DNA from: Roseobacteraceae bacterium
GTDB taxonomy: Bacteria > Pseudomonadota > Alphaproteobacteria > Rhodobacterales > Rhodobacteraceae
NCBI GenBank assembly: GCA_048381755.1
Contig: JBLXGS010000017.1
Coordinates: 61,554 to 125,553 of the forward strand
Direction: 5' to 3'
Length of the DNA: 64,000 nt
Below the pieces are notes generated by a model, which saw only the letters and a list, made by a program, of their open reading frames with translations, had not been told where the DNA came from and searched no databases. A program made the translations under genes and the position numbers. Positions 9,667 to 17,757 of this stretch are shown here, in pieces; positions within the stretch are counted from its first letter, which is position 1, and the number at the start of each line of letters is the position of its first letter.

Positions 9667-11466
9667 TCACGCCAGGTGATGCACTTCCTGCAGGCCGTAG
9701 ACGGGGGTGTCCAAGCCCTCCATCCGGGCCTTCAGCTGCAGCGCGAGATAGAGAGAGTAGTGCCGCGACTGATGCAGGTTGCCGCCGTGGAACCACAGGT
9801 TCTGCTGCTGCGTCGGCTTCCACATGTTGCGCTGCTCACCCTCCCACGGGCCGGGATCCTTGGTGGTGTCCGATCCGAGGCCCCAGACCTTGCCCACCTT
9901 GTCGGCGACCTCCTGGCTGATGAGATCGGCGGCCCAACCGTTCATCGAGCCGTACCCTGTGGCCATGACCACGAGATCGGCCTCAAGCCGCGTGCCGTCC
10001 GCCAGCACCACCGCAGTTTCGTCGAAGTGATCGACCTGGCCCTTCACCAGTTTCACCTCGCCGTCGATGATCAACTGGCTGGCGCCGACGTCGATGTAGT
10101 AGCCCGAGCCACGGCGCAGGTACTTCATGAACAGCCCCGAGCCGTCGTCGCCCCAGTCGAGATCGAACCCCGCCTTCTCCAGCCCGGCGTAGAACTCGGC
10201 ATCCCGCTCGCGCATCTGGTCGTAGAGCGGGATCTGGAACTCGTGCATGATCTTGTAGGGCAGGGAGGCAAAGATCATGTCGGCCTTCTCGGTGGTCACC
10301 CCGTTGGCCAGTGCCTCCTCTGAGTAGAGCGCGCCGAGCCCGATCTCCATCAGCGTGTCCGAGCGCACGATATGCGTCGACGAGCGCTGCACCATGGTGA
10401 CATCGGCATCCGCCTCCCAGAGCGCCGCGCAGATGTCATGGGCCGAGTTGTTCGACCCGACCACGACCACCTTCTTGCCGCTCCAGGCATCCGGACCGTC
10501 ATGCTGCGAAGAGTGCTGGATGGTGCCTTTGAAGCTGTCCATACCGGGGAACTGCGGCAGGTTCGGCTTGCCCGACATGCCGGTCGCGAGCACCAGCTGG
10601 GTCGGCTTCAGCACCAGCTTCTCGCCGTCGCGGTTCACTTCCACGCTCCAGGTGCCCGAGGCCTCGTCGAAGCTTGCTTTCTCGACCGTGGTACGGGTCC
10701 AGTAGGGGATCTCCATGACCTTGGTGTACATCTCCAGCCAGTCGCCGACCTTGTCCTTGGGGGTGAACACCGGCCAGTTGTCGGGGAACTTGATGTAGGG
10801 CAGGTGGTCGTACCAGATCGGATCGTGCAGGCAGAGCGACTTGTACCGGCTGCGCCACTGGTCGCCGGGACGGTCGTGCTTGTCGAGCACAATGGTCGGC
10901 ACGCCGAGCTGCCGCAACCGCGCGCCGAGCGCGATGCCGCCCTGACCGCCGCCGACGATCACCGTATAGGGCTGTGTGTTATAGCCGAGCGAGGCCTCCT
11001 CCGCCTCGCGCCGCTCCTTCCAGCTGGTGCGGTTCTTCTGCGCGCCATGCTCGGCGCCCATCGGGCGGCGCGTGCCGCGGTTCTCCTCGAAGCCCTTGAG
11101 CTCCTGCAGCGCGGTGAGAAACGTCCAGATCCGGTCATCCTTCAATCGCATCAGGCCCCAGCCGCGTCCGGCGGCCGTCTCGAAGGTGATCCACGCGGTG
11201 ATCACGCCGCCGTCCTCGGAAGGCACCTCGCCCGGCTGAATTTGGAAATTGCCGGGACGGGTCTGCGTGAGCTGCTCGCCGAGCATGTCGGCGACCCCCG
11301 CCGGGCCCTCCACCGTCTTGAGGTTCCAGCTGACCGAGATCAGATCGCGCCAGTAGCTGTCGGTGGCAAACAGGGCCGCTGCCGCGGCGACGTCGCCCTC
11401 CTCCAGGGCGGCGTTGAGCCGGTCGAGCACCTCCTGCGTGCGGCTCACGGTGGTTGAATCGAGCAT
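9667..11466 (-). CDS. Class B flavoprotein monooxygenase (FMO/BVMO-like) with an N-terminal NTF2/SnoaL-like extension
   Basis: 599 aa. FAD motif VIVGGGQGGIALGARL, FxGxxxH motif FKGTIQH, and a second dinucleotide motif VVVVGSNNSAHD. The first ~125 aa (DVAAAAALFATDSYWRDLISVSWNLKTVEG...) resemble an NTF2-like fold. Confidence 0.8.
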   Translation of the reverse strand: MLDSTTVSRTQEVLDRLNAALEEGDVAAAAALFATDSYWRDLISVSWNLKTVEGPAGVADMLGEQLTQTRPGNFQIQPGEVPSEDGGVITAWITFETAAGRGWGLMRLKDDRIWTFLTALQELKGFEENRGTRRPMGAEHGAQKNRTSWKERREAEEASLGYNTQPYTVIVGGGQGGIALGARLRQLGVPTIVLDKHDRPGDQWRSRYKSLCLHDPIWYDHLPYIKFPDNWPVFTPKDKVGDWLEMYTKVMEIPYWTRTTVEKASFDEASGTWSVEVNRDGEKLVLKPTQLVLATGMSGKPNLPQFPGMDSFKGTIQHSSQHDGPDAWSGKKVVVVGSNNSAHDICAALWEADADVTMVQRSSTHIVRSDTLMEIGLGALYSEEALANGVTTEKADMIFASLPYKIMHEFQIPLYDQMRERDAEFYAGLEKAGFDLDWGDDGSGLFMKYLRRGSGYYIDVGASQLIIDGEVKLVKGQVDHFDETAVVLADGTRLEADLVVMATGYGSMNGWAADLISQEVADKVGKVWGLGSDTTKDPGPWEGEQRNMWKPTQQQNLWFHGGNLHQSRHYSLYLALQLKARMEGLDTPVYGLQEVHHLA

Positions 11467-11605
11467 CGCGTCTCCTCCTCTGCGCGTTGTTCTGCTAGGA
11501 GTATCGCGGGAGGCCGGCGCCGCGTTCTACGGCAGGTTGCCTCGGACTGTGCGAAAAATGGGCGCCGCGCTGCGGCATGTTGCGTGCGCAACGGCGCGCA
11601 ACAGC

Positions 11606-13336
11606 TCAGCTTGGCGGCTGCAGACCGGCTTTGCGCAGGCGCCGAAGGACCGTAGAGCGATTGACGCCGAGGCGGCGCGCGGCGCGGGCCATGTTCCAGC
11701 CGCAGGCCTCCATCACCTGCTCAAGCTGCTCCTCGGCATCCGGCGGTTCGGGCAGGCTGTCGACCGGCGCGGGCAGGTCGGGCAGGTCGATCACCCGCCC
11801 GTCGCAGAGCGCAATGGCCACGTCGAGCACCTGCTCCAGTTCACGCAGGTTTCCGGGCCACGAGCGGCCGAGCAGCGCCGCACGGGCCGAGGGCGACAGC
11901 CGCATGTCCTCGGGGGCGCGCCGATGCAGGACCCGGTCGAGCAGCCAGCCGAGATCGCGGCGCTCGCGCAGCGACGGCAGCCGGAGGGTCGCGCCGGCCA
12001 GCCGGTGGAACAGCGGGCCGGGCAATGCCAGGGCGGCGGGGTCGGCGCAGGTTGTCACGATCGGGCGCAGGCACGGACCACCATCCAGAACGGCGGTCAG
12101 CGTCGGTGCCGTGTCGGCGGGCAAGTCCTCGATGCGGCGCAGCAAGAGGGTGGTGGGGCCCGTCAGTGTTGCGGTGGCCTCTCGCAGAACGTCGGGCGAC
12201 AGCCCGGCGCAATCGAGAGGCAGGAAGCCATTGGCGGTGCCGACCATGTGGATCGCATGGGCCAGCTTGGTCTTGCCGGTGCCGGTGGCACCGGTGATCA
12301 GCAAGGGTACCGAGGTGCGGGCCAGCTTTGCCGCCTGCGCTAGCAGTTGCGCCATCGCCGGGTCTTCTCCGGCAAGTCCCGCGAGAGGGCCGCCGCGGCG
12401 GCTGCTGCGCGGTGCGGTGCGCGGCGCCTGCGGCGCGATGGCATGGCCGAAGAGCGCACCGCCGTCACGCATCTCGATGATCCGCTCTTCTGTGGGGCGA
12501 TCGCGCATCAGGTCGGGCAGATCGTCGACGCTCAGCCCCAGCACCTCGTCGATGCGCCGCCCGATCACCTCGCCGCCGTCGGGGAACAATCGCCGGGCGG
12601 CGCGCGTGTAACCGAGTACGCGGCCGCCGCCATCAAGGCGAACGGCAGCCTCGGGATCGACGTCGAGGAATTCCGGGCTGGCCGACAGGCGCAGCACCCA
12701 ATCACGACGACTTTCGGCCATCAGGTTCGCCATTTCCACGCGCCGCGCGGCATTGGTCACGAGGCTCATGGCAAGGTTCTGGCTGCGCTTCGGGGTCGGC
12801 GAGCGCAGCAAGGAGATGTCGAGCACCGCTGCAAGCCCGCCGAGACTGTCGAAGATCGGCGCGGCGGTGCAGCTGAGCGTGGTGTGCGCATTGCCGAAAT
12901 GGTCGTCCTGATGCACCGTCACCGGTTCTTGCGTGACGATGCAGGCGCCGACACCGCAGGTGCCGGCAAGGTTTTCGGACCAGTTCGAGCCAAGATAGAG
13001 CCCGGCTGCCCGCAGATCGTCGACGAAGAGATCATCGCCGAAGAAATCGACGCAGACTCCCTTGGCATCTGTGAGCAGCAGCACGTAGTTCTGCCCCGCA
13101 ACCTGCCGGAACAGGCTCTGCAGGCTGGATCGCGCGGCGCCGATCATCCATTCCGCCTGCTTGCGATGGTCGCGAAGTTCGCTCTCGGTCACGATGTAAG
13201 CGGGGTCGCGGCGCATGGGATCCATGCCGTAAAGCTCGACGCACCTCCGCCAAGAGGCTGAAACGAAACCGTCTCGCCCGGTCTGAGAGCCTCCCAGGAC
13301 CTGCTCGATCTCCTCGACATGTTTATGGTCGCGCAT
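11606..13336 (-). CDS. AcoR-like transcriptional activator (GAF sensor, degenerate AAA+ domain, Fis-type HTH)
   Basis: AcoR-like N-terminus (SWRRCVELYGMDP) and sensor region. Walker A ITGATGTGKTK, WPGNLRELEQV, and C-terminal HTH GWNMARAARRLGVNRSTVLRRLRKAGL. No GAFTGA loop, and Walker B is degenerate. I chose the start at ATG 13336, which has GGGGGAG upstream; the track start is 13369. Confidence 0.8.
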   Translation of the reverse strand: MRDHKHVEEIEQVLGGSQTGRDGFVSASWRRCVELYGMDPMRRDPAYIVTESELRDHRKQAEWMIGAARSSLQSLFRQVAGQNYVLLLTDAKGVCVDFFGDDLFVDDLRAAGLYLGSNWSENLAGTCGVGACIVTQEPVTVHQDDHFGNAHTTLSCTAAPIFDSLGGLAAVLDISLLRSPTPKRSQNLAMSLVTNAARRVEMANLMAESRRDWVLRLSASPEFLDVDPEAAVRLDGGGRVLGYTRAARRLFPDGGEVIGRRIDEVLGLSVDDLPDLMRDRPTEERIIEMRDGGALFGHAIAPQAPRTAPRSSRRGGPLAGLAGEDPAMAQLLAQAAKLARTSVPLLITGATGTGKTKLAHAIHMVGTANGFLPLDCAGLSPDVLREATATLTGPTTLLLRRIEDLPADTAPTLTAVLDGGPCLRPIVTTCADPAALALPGPLFHRLAGATLRLPSLRERRDLGWLLDRVLHRRAPEDMRLSPSARAALLGRSWPGNLRELEQVLDVAIALCDGRVIDLPDLPAPVDSLPEPPDAEEQLEQVMEACGWNMARAARRLGVNRSTVLRRLRKAGLQPPS

Positions 13337-13494
13337 TGCTCCCCCTCTCCTCGGTACCGAGAGTAGCACGGGGCGCGCTGAGGGAGAGGTCAGACTTTCG
13401 TTGGGTGGTGCGGCGGGCGGCTTCCTGCCCCGGGGGCGGGCGGACCATGGCGGGTCAAGCGCCGCTCATCACGTCCAAATTCCCCGACCGGGCG

Positions 13495-13518
13495 CTGCGG
13501 CCTGTGCTCTGGCCGCAG
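13495..13518 (-). terminator. Hairpin after the ABC ATPase gene (candidate terminator)
   Basis: CTGCGGCC (13495-13502) pairs with GGCCGCAG (13511-13518) across an 8-nt loop, 15 nt beyond the stop at 13533. No clear U-run. Confidence 0.4.
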
Positions 13519-13532
13519 CGCTGCGATCGTCA

Positions 13533-14588
13533 TCAGACCCGGACACCCTCGGCGTTGAAGAGATGCAACGCCTGCTCCGGGAAAGAGACGCAGACCGTCG
13601 GTCCGGGTTCGAGCCAGAGACGGTCATGGGTGAGGACCTTGAACACCTCCCCCGCGAGCGTCAGGTGCAGAATGATACCGTGGCCCGTCGGCTCGACCAG
13701 CTCCACCGCGGCTTCGAGGCCGTCGGAGCCCGCAGGCGACAGCACCACGTGCTCGGGCCGGATGCCAAGCGTCGCATCGCCCATGGTCGCGGGCATCGTC
13801 TCGGGCAGGGCGACGCTGCGGCCGTCGTGCAGGTGCAGCTGGCGGTCGGCGATGTTGCCCTTGAGGAAGTTCATCCCGGGCGAGCCGATGAACCCCGCGA
13901 CGAAGAGGTTGGCGGGACGGTCGTAGAGGTCGAGCGGCGTGCCGACCTGCTGGATGTGGCCGCCGTGCATGGCGACGATGCGGTCGGCTAGCGTCATCGC
14001 CTCGACCTGGTCGTGGGTGACGTAGATCGAGGTGGCGCCCAGCTCGCGGTGCAGCTTGCGGATCTCGGCGCGCATCTGCTCGCGCAGGCGGGCGTCGAGG
14101 TTCGACAGCGGCTCGTCGAAGAGGAACGCCTTGGGCTGGCGCACGATCGCCCGGCCCATGGCGACGCGCTGACGCTGGCCGCCCGAGAGCGCTTTGGGCT
14201 TGCGTTCGAGCAGCGCGTCGAGCCCGAGTTTGGACGAGGCGGCGCGAACCTTCTCGGCGATCGTCGGCTTGTCGGTCTTCCGCAGCCGCAGCGAGTAGCT
14301 CATGTTGTCGGCGACGCTCATGTGCGGGTAGAGCGCGTAGCTCTGGAACACCATGGCGATGTCGCGCGCCTTGGGGGGCAGCGTGTTCATCACCTTGTCG
14401 TCGATACGGATCTCGCCGCCGGTGATCTCCTCGAGCCCGGCGATCATCCGCAGCAGCGTGGACTTGCCGCAGCCCGAGGGGCCGACCAGCACGATGAACT
14501 CGCCGTCGCCGATCTCGAGGTTGATGTCGTCGAGCACGCGGATCGTGCCGTAGTTCTTGCTTGCGGAGCGGATTTCCATCGTGGCCAT
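13533..14588 (-). CDS. Carbohydrate (CUT1) ABC transporter ATP-binding protein, UgpC/MalK-like
   Basis: Walker A GPSGCGKST, signature LSGGQRQRVA, Walker B FLFDEPLSNLD, plus a MalK-type C-terminal regulatory domain. Confidence 0.9.
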   Translation of the reverse strand: MATMEIRSASKNYGTIRVLDDINLEIGDGEFIVLVGPSGCGKSTLLRMIAGLEEITGGEIRIDDKVMNTLPPKARDIAMVFQSYALYPHMSVADNMSYSLRLRKTDKPTIAEKVRAASSKLGLDALLERKPKALSGGQRQRVAMGRAIVRQPKAFLFDEPLSNLDARLREQMRAEIRKLHRELGATSIYVTHDQVEAMTLADRIVAMHGGHIQQVGTPLDLYDRPANLFVAGFIGSPGMNFLKGNIADRQLHLHDGRSVALPETMPATMGDATLGIRPEHVVLSPAGSDGLEAAVELVEPTGHGIILHLTLAGEVFKVLTHDRLWLEPGPTVCVSFPEQALHLFNAEGVRV

Positions 14589-14592
14589 GGGG

Positions 14593-15426
14593 TTATCCTT
14601 TCACGGCGCCGGCAGTCATGCCTTGCACCAGGTAGCGTTGGATGAGCAGGAAGAAGAGGCAGGCGGGGATCAGCGCCAGCACGCCGGCGGCCATCATCTG
14701 CCCGTAATCGACCGAGAATTTCGACACGAAGGTCAGCAGCCCGACGGGGAAGGTGGCCTTCTCGCTGCCCGAGATCAGCATCAGCGCAAAGATCATCTCG
14801 GACCAGGCGGCGGTGAAGACGAAGCCCAGCGTCGCCGCCACCCCCGGCAGCGCCAGCGGCAGGATGATGTGGCGGAAGGCGGTGAAGCGGTCGGCACCGT
14901 CGATCATCGCGGCCTGCTCGAGGTCCGAGGGGATGCCGTCGAAGAAGCCCTGCATCAGGAAGGAGGCGAAGGGCACGTTGAATGCGGTGTAGACGATGAC
15001 AAGCCCGGTCAGGCTGTTGGTCAGCCCGAGCGGCGAGAGGATCTTGAAGATCGGCGCCACCAGCATGACCAGCGGGAACATCTGGGTGATCAGCAGCAGA
15101 GCTGCCAGCCACAGCTTGCCGCGGAACTGAAAGCGCGACAGTGCGTAGCCCATCAGCGCCGCGAGGACTGTCGAGACGAGCGCGGTCGAGCCCGAGACGA
15201 TCAGGCTGTTGGCGAAGAAGCGCGGGAACTCGCTGTTGGCCAGCACGAAGCGGAAGTGATCCAGCGTCGTGCGCGAAGGCCACATGCGCACGCCCTCGGA
15301 GTAGAGCAGGTCGTTCGGGGTCACCGAGACCTTGAGCAGCCAGTAGAGCGGGAAGAGCGCAAAGGCGATGAAGCACAGGATGGCCGCGCGATGCGCCAGC
15401 GTGCCGAAAAGACGGGTCGCGGTCAT
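14593..15426 (-). CDS. Carbohydrate ABC transporter permease
   Basis: Six-TM-type hydrophobic protein with an EAA-like loop (DLEQAAMIDGADRFTAFRHIILP). Start set at ATG 15426, one base after the upstream permease stop. Confidence 0.85.
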   Translation of the reverse strand: MTATRLFGTLAHRAAILCFIAFALFPLYWLLKVSVTPNDLLYSEGVRMWPSRTTLDHFRFVLANSEFPRFFANSLIVSGSTALVSTVLAALMGYALSRFQFRGKLWLAALLLITQMFPLVMLVAPIFKILSPLGLTNSLTGLVIVYTAFNVPFASFLMQGFFDGIPSDLEQAAMIDGADRFTAFRHIILPLALPGVAATLGFVFTAAWSEMIFALMLISGSEKATFPVGLLTFVSKFSVDYGQMMAAGVLALIPACLFFLLIQRYLVQGMTAGAVKG

Positions 15427-15427
15427 G

Positions 15428-16357
15428 TCACTTGTCCCTGTTCGAGAGCTTCTGGCGGAAGACGAGGATGACCATGGAATAGGCCAGCAGCAGCGCCAGC
15501 AGCACCAGCGCGACCGCCGAGGCATAGCCGAAGTCGAGCCGCTTGAAGGCCTGGGTGAAGATGTAGCTGGCCACGGTCTGGGTGCGGTCGGCGGGGCCGC
15601 CGTTGGTCATCACGATGATCAGGTCGGCGAAGTTGGCGACCCAGACCGTGCGCAGCAGCACGGTGATGGCGATCACCGGAGCGAGGTAGGGCAGGGTGAT
15701 CGAGAAGAACCGCTGGATCGGCGAGGCACCGTCGATCGAGGCGGCCTCGTAGAGATCCTTGGGGATCGACTGCAGCGCGGCAAGCAGCGTGATGGCGAAG
15801 AACGGAATGCCCCACCATGTGGCGGCGAGGATGGGCCCCCACATGGCGATGCTCGGATCGGCGAGGATGTTCGAGGGCTCGTCCATCAGCCCCAGCGCGA
15901 ACAGCCAGTGCGGGATCGGCCCGATCACCGGGTTGAACAGCCAGGCCCAGTTGAGGCCCGCAAGGAAGGTCGGCACGGCCCAGGGCAGGAACACCAGCGA
16001 CTGCGCCAGCCCGCGTCCGGCGAAAGGCACGTTGAGCAGCAGCGCGAGGATCAGGCCGAAAGCGAGCTGGAAGAAGACGCTGGCGCCGGTCCACCACAGG
16101 GTGTTGCGCAGCGCGCGCAGGAAGGCATCGTCCTGACCGAGCGCCTTGAAGTGCTCGAGGCCGACGAAGCCGCCGGAGAAGGGGTTGAGCAGCTGGATGT
16201 CCCGGAAGGCGTAGGAGATGCCGAGGATCAGCGGCACCAGCATCACGGCGGTGATCAGGATCAGCACGGGCGCGCAGTAGAGCCAGGGCTCGAGCGTCAC
16301 GGCGAGACGCTGGCGCAGCGGACGCCGATAGGTGGCAGGGATGGGCGTGGCGGTCAT
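15428..16357 (-). CDS. Carbohydrate ABC transporter permease
   Basis: EAA-like loop DLYEAASIDGASPIQRFFSITLP. Start set at ATG 16357, preceded by GGAGGA. Confidence 0.85.
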   Translation of the reverse strand: MTATPIPATYRRPLRQRLAVTLEPWLYCAPVLILITAVMLVPLILGISYAFRDIQLLNPFSGGFVGLEHFKALGQDDAFLRALRNTLWWTGASVFFQLAFGLILALLLNVPFAGRGLAQSLVFLPWAVPTFLAGLNWAWLFNPVIGPIPHWLFALGLMDEPSNILADPSIAMWGPILAATWWGIPFFAITLLAALQSIPKDLYEAASIDGASPIQRFFSITLPYLAPVIAITVLLRTVWVANFADLIIVMTNGGPADRTQTVASYIFTQAFKRLDFGYASAVALVLLALLLAYSMVILVFRQKLSNRDK

Positions 16358-16378
16358 CGGTCCTCCGGGGGAAGGGGT

Positions 16379-16402
16379 GGGCCGGACGCGCACGCCCGGC
16401 CC
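16379..16402 (-). terminator. Stem-loop between SBP and permease genes (possible attenuator or mRNA stabiliser)
   Basis: GGGCCGG (16379-16385) pairs with CCGGCCC (16396-16402) across a 10-nt loop, between the SBP stop (16426) and the permease start (16357). Confidence 0.35.
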
Positions 16403-16425
16403 GCATTGTCAGGTCACTTGGCCCA

Positions 16426-17685
16426 TTACTTTGCGAGATGCTTCTGCTGTGCCTTGGTCAGGTAGGCAGCCCATTCGGACGCAAGCTCCTGCGGGGTGAT
16501 CTCGCCCAGGAGGGCCTTCTGGCCGGACGCGATCGCCATGGAGTCTTTGAAGTAGGCGAACTCCTCCAGGTAGGTCGGCATGACCGTCGGCACGACGTTC
16601 TCGTCGGCCAGCGCGTCAAACCAACCCTTGAAGGCGGGCGCGGCGTAGAACTCGTCTTCCTCGGCGGACTTCAGCACCGGCAGCGCGCCGATCTTCTTGT
16701 TCCAGGCGATGTTGCCCTCGGGGCCCTCGAGCTGGGCGATCAGCTCCCAGGCGAGGTCCTTGTTTTCGGAGGCGGACATCATCGACCAGCCCGCGTAGCC
16801 GATTGTCGGGAAGGCCTTGCCGTCCGGGCCCTTGGGCATCGGGATCACGCCGTACTGGTCCTCGGACATACGTTCGGCGATGGCGATGAGCGCGTCGGGG
16901 TCCTGGTCGAGGAAGGCGCAGGTGCCGGAGTAGAAGCCCGCGACGATTTCGTTGAAGCCCCAGTTCACACTGTCCTTCGGCGCCAGCCCATCCTTGTAGA
17001 GGTTGACGTACCACTCGATGCCCTTGGACCAGCCCTCGCTGTCCATGGTCGAGGTGCCGTCCTCGTTGAAGAAGGCGTTGTCGCCCGCCATGGTCGCACC
17101 GGCCATCATCCAGCCGTTCAGCCCGCCCGGACCGCCACGCATGCAGTAGCCCGACTTGCCAGGCAGCGCCGAGACCGCCTCGGAGGCAGCTCGGAATTCC
17201 TCGAGGGTGGTCGGCGGCGCCTCAACACCTGCCTCTGCGAGCAGCTCCTTGTTGTAGAACAGCGCCCGCAGGTAGAAGCCGTAGGGCAGCATGTAGGCGG
17301 TGTCGTCGATGTCGCGGCCCAGTTCCAGCGCGCGGTCGGTCATGTCGGACGTGACGTCCCAGTCGGCGAGATAGGGCTCGAGGCTCTCCAGGAGGCCGTT
17401 GTTGGCGTAGAGCGACAGCCACGTATCCGGCATCTCGACCACGTCGGGCAGATCGCCCGCCGAGACCATGGTGGCGAACTTCTGGAACGCTTCACCCCAG
17501 GGCAGCGAGATGATCTCGACCTTGGTGTCGGGGTGCGCTTCCTCGAAGCCGGCGACGATCTGCTTGAGCGTCTCGGTGCGGGCCGGGCTGGTGATCACCT
17601 CGACGAGGCGCAGCGTGGTCTCGGCGCTTGCCGCGCCACTTGCCGCCAGCAGCGCGAGGGCGCTGGCACTGAGCAGTTTCTTCAT
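16426..17685 (-). CDS. ABC transporter substrate-binding protein, family 1 (sugar/polyol type)
   Basis: Signal peptide MKKLLSASALALLAASGAASA starts at ATG 17685 (Met22 of the track ORF), preceded by GGGAGAAG. About 420 aa, typical of CUT1 binding proteins. Confidence 0.85.
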   Translation of the reverse strand: MKKLLSASALALLAASGAASAETTLRLVEVITSPARTETLKQIVAGFEEAHPDTKVEIISLPWGEAFQKFATMVSAGDLPDVVEMPDTWLSLYANNGLLESLEPYLADWDVTSDMTDRALELGRDIDDTAYMLPYGFYLRALFYNKELLAEAGVEAPPTTLEEFRAASEAVSALPGKSGYCMRGGPGGLNGWMMAGATMAGDNAFFNEDGTSTMDSEGWSKGIEWYVNLYKDGLAPKDSVNWGFNEIVAGFYSGTCAFLDQDPDALIAIAERMSEDQYGVIPMPKGPDGKAFPTIGYAGWSMMSASENKDLAWELIAQLEGPEGNIAWNKKIGALPVLKSAEEDEFYAAPAFKGWFDALADENVVPTVMPTYLEEFAYFKDSMAIASGQKALLGEITPQELASEWAAYLTKAQQKHLAK

Positions 17686-17757
17686 GGTCTTCTCCCTGTT
17701 GATTGTCTGTTGGTGGTCTGTTGGATCGGCGCGGCCCGGTCGGGCCACCGCCCTAGG

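Noticed and set aside
11571-11590. A sigma-54-like GG-N10-GC element (cGGCATgttgcgTGCg) near the AcoR-like gene.
   Set aside because: It lies on the plus strand, pointing into the 3' end of the regulator gene, whereas the only candidate target (the monooxygenase) is on the minus strand. The -12 box is imperfect, and the regulator lacks the GAFTGA loop.
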